Source: an uncultured virus (IMG/VR IMGVR_UViG_3300010885_086743) (lineage: Duplodnaviria; Heunggongvirae; Uroviricota; Caudoviricetes). Taken from it: DNA of 64,000 bases. Where the stretch lies: IMG/VR virus record IMGVR_UViG_3300010885_086743; one strand, given 5' to 3'. This document shows positions 59,577 to 64,000 of the stretch, piece by piece; positions within the stretch are counted from its first letter, which is position 1, and each line of letters starts with the position of its first letter. The notes under the pieces are model-generated. The model had not been told where the DNA came from, did not search any database, and worked only from the letters and a program-made list of their open reading frames with translations. Position numbers and translations under genes: made by a program.

Positions 59577-60343
59577 AAGAAAATTACAAAGATATAAAAA
59601 TATTAGTAATTGGTGATTCGTGTGTTGATATTTTCACATACGGAGACACACTTAGGTTGGCTCCTGAAGGCCCAGCTCCTGTATTCAATCCTTTAAACAG
59701 CAAAAGCAATGGAGGTATGGCACTAAATGTTTCTAATAATATCTCTGCAATTGGTGCTTTCAATACTCTAATAACACAAAGTCAAGAAATTACTAAAACA
59801 AGATACATTGATGAGCGCACAAATACACTATTACTTCGTATAGATGCAAATGACAAGACAGCACAAATATCTAATGAATTATTGAAAAATATTACAAATA
59901 ATTCTCATGAAAATGTTTGTTATGACGCTATTGTAATTAGTGATTATTGCAAAGGTTTTTTATCTGAAGAAGATATTGAATTTATTGCTTCAAATAATTC
60001 CAATGTATTTTTAGACACAAAAAAAATCCTAGGCGAATGGTGCAAATCAGTGACATTCATAAAAATAAATCATACAGAATTCGATCGGACTAAACATACT
60101 ATTGATGCATTAGGTTTATATGAAAAAATGATCATTACAAGATCAGATGAAGGTTGTGAATATAATAGCGTAATTTATCCTGTAGAAAAAGTCAACATAA
60201 AAGATGTTTCGGGTGCAGGAGATACATTTGTTTCTGGATTAGTTTGTGAATTTATTAGAACTAAGGATATTATTCTTGCAATAAAATTTGCTCAAGAATG
60301 TGCCACAAAAGTAGTTCAAAAGAAGGGAGTTTGTACTATATGA
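59573..60343 (+). CDS. PfkB-family kinase, HldE/RfaE heptose-7-phosphate kinase-like
   Basis: ILVIGDSCVD, RLAPEGPAPV, TKTR, ISDYCKGFL and DVSGAGDTF. Confidence 0.85.
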   Translation: MKENYKDIKILVIGDSCVDIFTYGDTLRLAPEGPAPVFNPLNSKSNGGMALNVSNNISAIGAFNTLITQSQEITKTRYIDERTNTLLLRIDANDKTAQISNELLKNITNNSHENVCYDAIVISDYCKGFLSEEDIEFIASNNSNVFLDTKKILGEWCKSVTFIKINHTEFDRTKHTIDALGLYEKMIITRSDEGCEYNSVIYPVEKVNIKDVSGAGDTFVSGLVCEFIRTKDIILAIKFAQECATKVVQKKGVCTI

Positions 60344-60630
60344 ATATGAAAGAATATTATGAAATGTATCTAACTTTGCACCAAAATAAAGTGTGCAGAA
60401 GATTACATGTTTTGGGTCAATTTATGACTATCGCCTGGGTAGTAGGTTGTTTCTATTTTGGATTTTATTGGTTTCTTATATTGACACCATTTATTGTTTA
60501 CCCATTTGCTTGGTCAGGACATTATTTCTTTGAGAAAAATCAACCAGCTGCATTCAAGGATCCTTTAAAGGCTAAAATTAGTGATTGGATTATGTTGTCG
60601 GATATTCTAAGAGGAAAAGTTCCATTCTAA
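60340..60630 (+). CDS. DUF962 (Mpo1-like) membrane protein
   Basis: YLTLHQNKVCRRLHVLG...FAWSGHYFFEKNQPAAFK. ATGA overlap with the upstream stop. Confidence 0.85.
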   Translation: MNMKEYYEMYLTLHQNKVCRRLHVLGQFMTIAWVVGCFYFGFYWFLILTPFIVYPFAWSGHYFFEKNQPAAFKDPLKAKISDWIMLSDILRGKVPF

Positions 60631-60659
60631 AAAAAGAGGCATAAAGCCTCTTTTTTTTT
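60629..60659. terminator. bidirectional rho-independent terminator
   Basis: AAAAAAAGAGGC-ataaa-GCCTCTTTTTTT between convergent genes. Confidence 0.85.
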
Positions 60660-61752
60660 ATGCTAATTTCCTATACCATTCAATAACTTTATTTCTCAAA
60701 GTCCAAGAATTTTCAGAACTTATATTTCTGCCTATATTCCAAATATTTACAATTCTGGTCAAATGAATATAAAAAAGTTCTTCTTCAGAATAAATGCTCG
60801 CAAATCCTTGAAAATCATTATTAAATTCCGAAATTCTATTTTTCCAAAAATAAGGAATATATTCTTTAGAAAAATAAAAATCATATCCCTTTTCATCAAA
60901 AATTTTCAATTTATCGTAAGTTGGATTGATATTAGTAAAATTTTGTCTATACGAACAAGAGTAATTTATCTTAATATTATTTTCAAAAAATCCATCAGGA
61001 ATTTCTAAAACTGGCAACACTTCATTAGGAAGATACTGCCAAATTGTATGTTGATATCCATCAAAATGGCGAGCTATTTCTCTATAGGGAGTTATAATTG
61101 TTGATTTTGAAAACCAACTAAATAAATCTAATGCTGGAGTGCTGATACCATCAGCTCTTGGGAAAGCTACATCTGGTAATTTGTGTTCCACCCACCAGTG
61201 ATGATAAGTTTTTCTGTTGATTACTTGAATAGAATCACAACACTTTCCCTTTGATTTAATATGGTCTTCTAAAAATTGAAAATTTCCAGAATTATCGAAT
61301 GAACTGTAGCAATGCTCAGGCCAATGTGAAAATTGTATTCCTAAATAATCATCATAATTTCTGTATTGTTCTACGATATTCTTGAAATAAGTTGGATCAG
61401 GATCAATAAAAACATGATCATGATTACAAGAAAACAATATTAAATCATCATCTAAAAGATCATAATCTTTCTTCCATTCTGATTGATATTCATTTCTATA
61501 TTCTCTTACAATCAAAGGATACTTATCAAAACAATTATTAATAAATTCATGAAGTTCTTGTTTGCGGTGAAAGTAAACAGTGTCAAGTTTTACGTTAATA
61601 ATTACTTTTTTCCAAGAATAAAAATCAGACAAACTTGACAACATATATTTAAAAACATCAACTTTATCTGAATATTTTGCGTTCTGTCTAACGACATTTC
61701 CTTGAGTTTTAAATTTTTCTTCAGTTAAAAAAACATTTAAGAATAAAATCAT
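60658..61752 (-). CDS. hypothetical protein, possible divergent GT-A glycosyltransferase
   Basis: 364 aa. LILFSCNHDHVFID sits in a DxD-like position, and REIARHFDGY. Glycan-cluster context. Confidence 0.5.
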   Translation of the reverse strand: MILFLNVFLTEEKFKTQGNVVRQNAKYSDKVDVFKYMLSSLSDFYSWKKVIINVKLDTVYFHRKQELHEFINNCFDKYPLIVREYRNEYQSEWKKDYDLLDDDLILFSCNHDHVFIDPDPTYFKNIVEQYRNYDDYLGIQFSHWPEHCYSSFDNSGNFQFLEDHIKSKGKCCDSIQVINRKTYHHWWVEHKLPDVAFPRADGISTPALDLFSWFSKSTIITPYREIARHFDGYQHTIWQYLPNEVLPVLEIPDGFFENNIKINYSCSYRQNFTNINPTYDKLKIFDEKGYDFYFSKEYIPYFWKNRISEFNNDFQGFASIYSEEELFYIHLTRIVNIWNIGRNISSENSWTLRNKVIEWYRKLA

Positions 61753-62111
61753 AATATTTCTATATCCTTAATTCCAACATTTCTATCAGGGGAAATGCAA
61801 AAGCAAGCTACTTCACCATCAGGTTTTTTATCATTTATTAAGTATCTTGGACCTCCACCAATTCCCATGATGAGTAAATCATAAAATATACCAACCTCTG
61901 ATAATTGCTTTTCAGTAGCTTTACGCATACTTTCTTTTCTGCCAGTAGTCAATATTATTCTAAAACCGTTTTTTTCCCACTCCATTAATTTTTCAAGAGT
62001 TCCAGGCAAGAGCTCAAGAGAGTGGCTTGGTCTGCAGCTTGTTGATGGTGGTTCATGTTTAACCAATGTTCCATCAATATCACAAAAAATTGTTGGTTTA
62101 GACGATATCAA
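61749..62111 (-). CDS. HAD-superfamily phosphatase (capless)
   Basis: FCDIDGTL, ILTTGR and INDKK. Confidence 0.85.
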   Translation of the reverse strand: MISSKPTIFCDIDGTLVKHEPPSTSCRPSHSLELLPGTLEKLMEWEKNGFRIILTTGRKESMRKATEKQLSEVGIFYDLLIMGIGGGPRYLINDKKPDGEVACFCISPDRNVGIKDIEIL

Positions 62112-63054
62112 TTAGTTCACCTAGTTTTTTATTTATTTTATTATAGATGAAAGATTCATCTATTTCATCTAATATTTCATTTACAAAAACTTCATTCGAG
62201 TAAACATAATGACCACTTATTTTTATAAGTTCAGACTTATTGTTTATTGGATCAAATTCTGGACCAACCCAGTTTTTCCATTTTCCAGAATCAAAACATA
62301 ATTTATAAAATAATTCAAATTTTTCTTCACTAATACAATCTAATATAGAACATGTTTGCAAATATCCAAATTCTGGCGCAATGTTTATACAATCTAACCC
62401 CAAATCAAATTTTTGTTTGATTATTCTAGTATCAATGTAATCACCATTATGTTCTTTGCTAAATTTATCAAACTTTTTGACAATATTTATTTGATTTACA
62501 AGACGTTCAGAAGAATAATTACCAATTTGATTATTTCCTTTCAATTTTGTCCCTGATTGAATTACTATATGAGAAATTTTATCAAATATAAGACCTAATT
62601 CTTTGTGAACAGAATCTATAAAATGTTCAAGTGTTTTTTCATCAAAATAAAAAATAGATTCTTCAGTAGCTATTTCATAAGATAAATTTTTATTTATATT
62701 ATGACAAAACTTTATGTAATCAGTAGTTAAAATGATAGCTTCTTGTATGCTTTTAGTGTATTTGAATGGATCAATTTGAATCATATCAAAATGCAAAGCA
62801 TCTGATTCCAAGCTCGCATACCCATCATCAGGGAATGCTCCTTGCATAGCACCAGCATGATCTCTACATATAGTGAATTCTGGTTTTGTGTCTTTTACAT
62901 ATGATGCAAAAGATTCAGTTGACCAATTATTTACATAGCCACTTTTATAGTCCACTTGTCTTCTACTAGGTATAAATCCAAATAAAGCAGGGTTTTGCTT
63001 TAATAGACAATCAACAATTTGCTTACTCATAGGTCCAACAAAAAATTTAATCAT
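62098..63054 (-). CDS. GatZ/KbaZ-like (class II aldolase/epimerase TIM-barrel) protein
   Basis: IPSRRQVD..GY, CRDHAG, IQIDP, YEIATEE, KEHNGDY and INIAPEFG. Confidence 0.6.
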   Translation of the reverse strand: MIKFFVGPMSKQIVDCLLKQNPALFGFIPSRRQVDYKSGYVNNWSTESFASYVKDTKPEFTICRDHAGAMQGAFPDDGYASLESDALHFDMIQIDPFKYTKSIQEAIILTTDYIKFCHNINKNLSYEIATEESIFYFDEKTLEHFIDSVHKELGLIFDKISHIVIQSGTKLKGNNQIGNYSSERLVNQINIVKKFDKFSKEHNGDYIDTRIIKQKFDLGLDCINIAPEFGYLQTCSILDCISEEKFELFYKLCFDSGKWKNWVGPEFDPINNKSELIKISGHYVYSNEVFVNEILDEIDESFIYNKINKKLGELIDIV

Positions 63055-64000
63055 CCATACCTCGCAAATTCATAAATAAATTGTATTTTCCAAAATTAAA
63101 CAAAAAATTACTTAATGGATATTCATGCAATGGAGACATATTTAGCCAAATCAAACATGTTAAAATTTTTATCTTTTTTAAGTCAAAATTATTATCGACA
63201 ATCCATTTGTGATATTGTTTTTGACATTGCTTGTTCATAAATGGAACTAATATATCTAATTTTATTTGATCTTTGCCAACGTAATCTATGTTGAACAGTT
63301 GAGAATCTAAAACTCTATGATTCAAAGTTAAACTATGATTCAATTTTGCTAAATCATAATAAATATCTCCGCATTCAACAGTACCTTGAAAGTCTTGTCT
63401 CCAATCTATAAGTTTGAATTTATTACCATCAAAGAGAATATTATCTAGAATAAAATCACCATGAAACCTAACTGGAATACCGTTTGCTAAATATTCAAAA
63501 TCAATTTCTTTCAGTAAATCCGATACTTTTGGAATTTTCAAATCATTGATATAAATACTGTCATCAGGAAAATGTACGCAAAATTTATTAATTCTTTCAA
63601 TTGTTTTATGATAGTAAAAATCTAAACACAAAGAATTAAAATTTTCAAATTCAACATTTTTCCATAAGTCATCTTTGCTCCATGATAAAAGTTTTTCAAA
63701 ATTTTCTGTACTTATAACTGAAGCGTATAAATTGGATTCTACTATTTTATATTTGTAAAAATTTTCTGTATGAGCGACAATTTTTGGAACAATATCTTCC
63801 ATGTCTTTTGCTCTTTGAACTCTATTTTTTACAATTATTGGATTACTAAAAAATTTAATTACAAAATCATCAAAAAAATAAATTGATTCTTCAGGCTTAT
63901 CTAAAACATGATATTTTGAATGAAAGTGTTTACGTGTGCTGTGAAGTTCTCCATTGTTTCCAATATCAAACCATTCATTAACTTCTACCACGTCAAACTT
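63047..64000 (-). CDS. partial nucleotidyltransferase-APH/choline-kinase-like fusion
   Basis: Frame is open to the window edge. WFDIGN is the end of an NTP-transferase domain, followed by HGDFILDNI, LIDWRQ and GDIYYDLAKL. Confidence 0.75.
   Translation of the reverse strand, partial: KFDVVEVNEWFDIGNNGELHSTRKHFHSKYHVLDKPEESIYFFDDFVIKFFSNPIIVKNRVQRAKDMEDIVPKIVAHTENFYKYKIVESNLYASVISTENFEKLLSWSKDDLWKNVEFENFNSLCLDFYYHKTIERINKFCVHFPDDSIYINDLKIPKVSDLLKEIDFEYLANGIPVRFHGDFILDNILFDGNKFKLIDWRQDFQGTVECGDIYYDLAKLNHSLTLNHRVLDSQLFNIDYVGKDQIKLDILVPFMNKQCQKQYHKWIVDNNFDLKKIKILTCLIWLNMSPLHEYPLSNFLFNFGKYNLFMNLRGMDD

Noticed and set aside
5312..61008. Many 60-100 aa ORFs in the track that are antisense to or nested in long genes
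   Set aside because: They are shadows of well-supported genes, mostly with non-ATG starts and no recognisable motifs.
1..64000. Stop-codon reassignment (alternative genetic code)
   Set aside because: Code-11 ORFs tile the window densely, including a 10.4-kb ORF. TAA, TAG and TGA all end genes right next to the following start.
42980..64000. Cluster as a DNA hypermodification system
   Set aside because: No nucleotide hydroxymethylase, TET/JBP, DNA glycosyltransferase or replication genes are recognised. The enzymes resemble surface-glycan families.

Overview
AT-rich (roughly 30% GC by eye), densely coding window in the standard genetic code. It most likely comes from a very large tailed phage, though no capsid, portal, terminase or sheath gene is recognisable in the window. 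Bases 1-43 kb form a virion-morphogenesis region in two divergent arms that meet at ~25.8 kb. The left arm (minus) encodes a hub-like protein, a 3468-aa protein with 14 PKD/Ig-like domains and an RCC1-like end, a Gly/Pro-depleted tape-measure-like protein and two helical proteins. The right arm (plus) encodes Zn-ribbon proteins, a degenerate PHP protein, a Mu gp36-like adaptor, a tail-completion-like protein, fibre-like proteins and two tube+chaperone-like pairs. Bases 43-64 kb are a ~24-gene glycan biosynthesis cluster, open at the right edge. It combines RmlB/RmlC, a His-type (ColD/RfbH-like) 3-dehydratase, two ThDP branching systems, NeuB, a DHQ-synthase-like cyclase, sugar kinases, a B12 radical SAM enzyme, a 2OG-Fe(II) oxygenase and glycosyltransferases. 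This suggests an unusual branched or carbocyclic higher-carbon sugar. Other signals are TATAAT-type boxes 6-7 nt before several start codons (leaderless-type) and a recurring [KR]IA-type peptide motif in candidate head proteins. No tRNA, rRNA, CRISPR array or transposase was seen. All family calls come from motif reading, not database searches.
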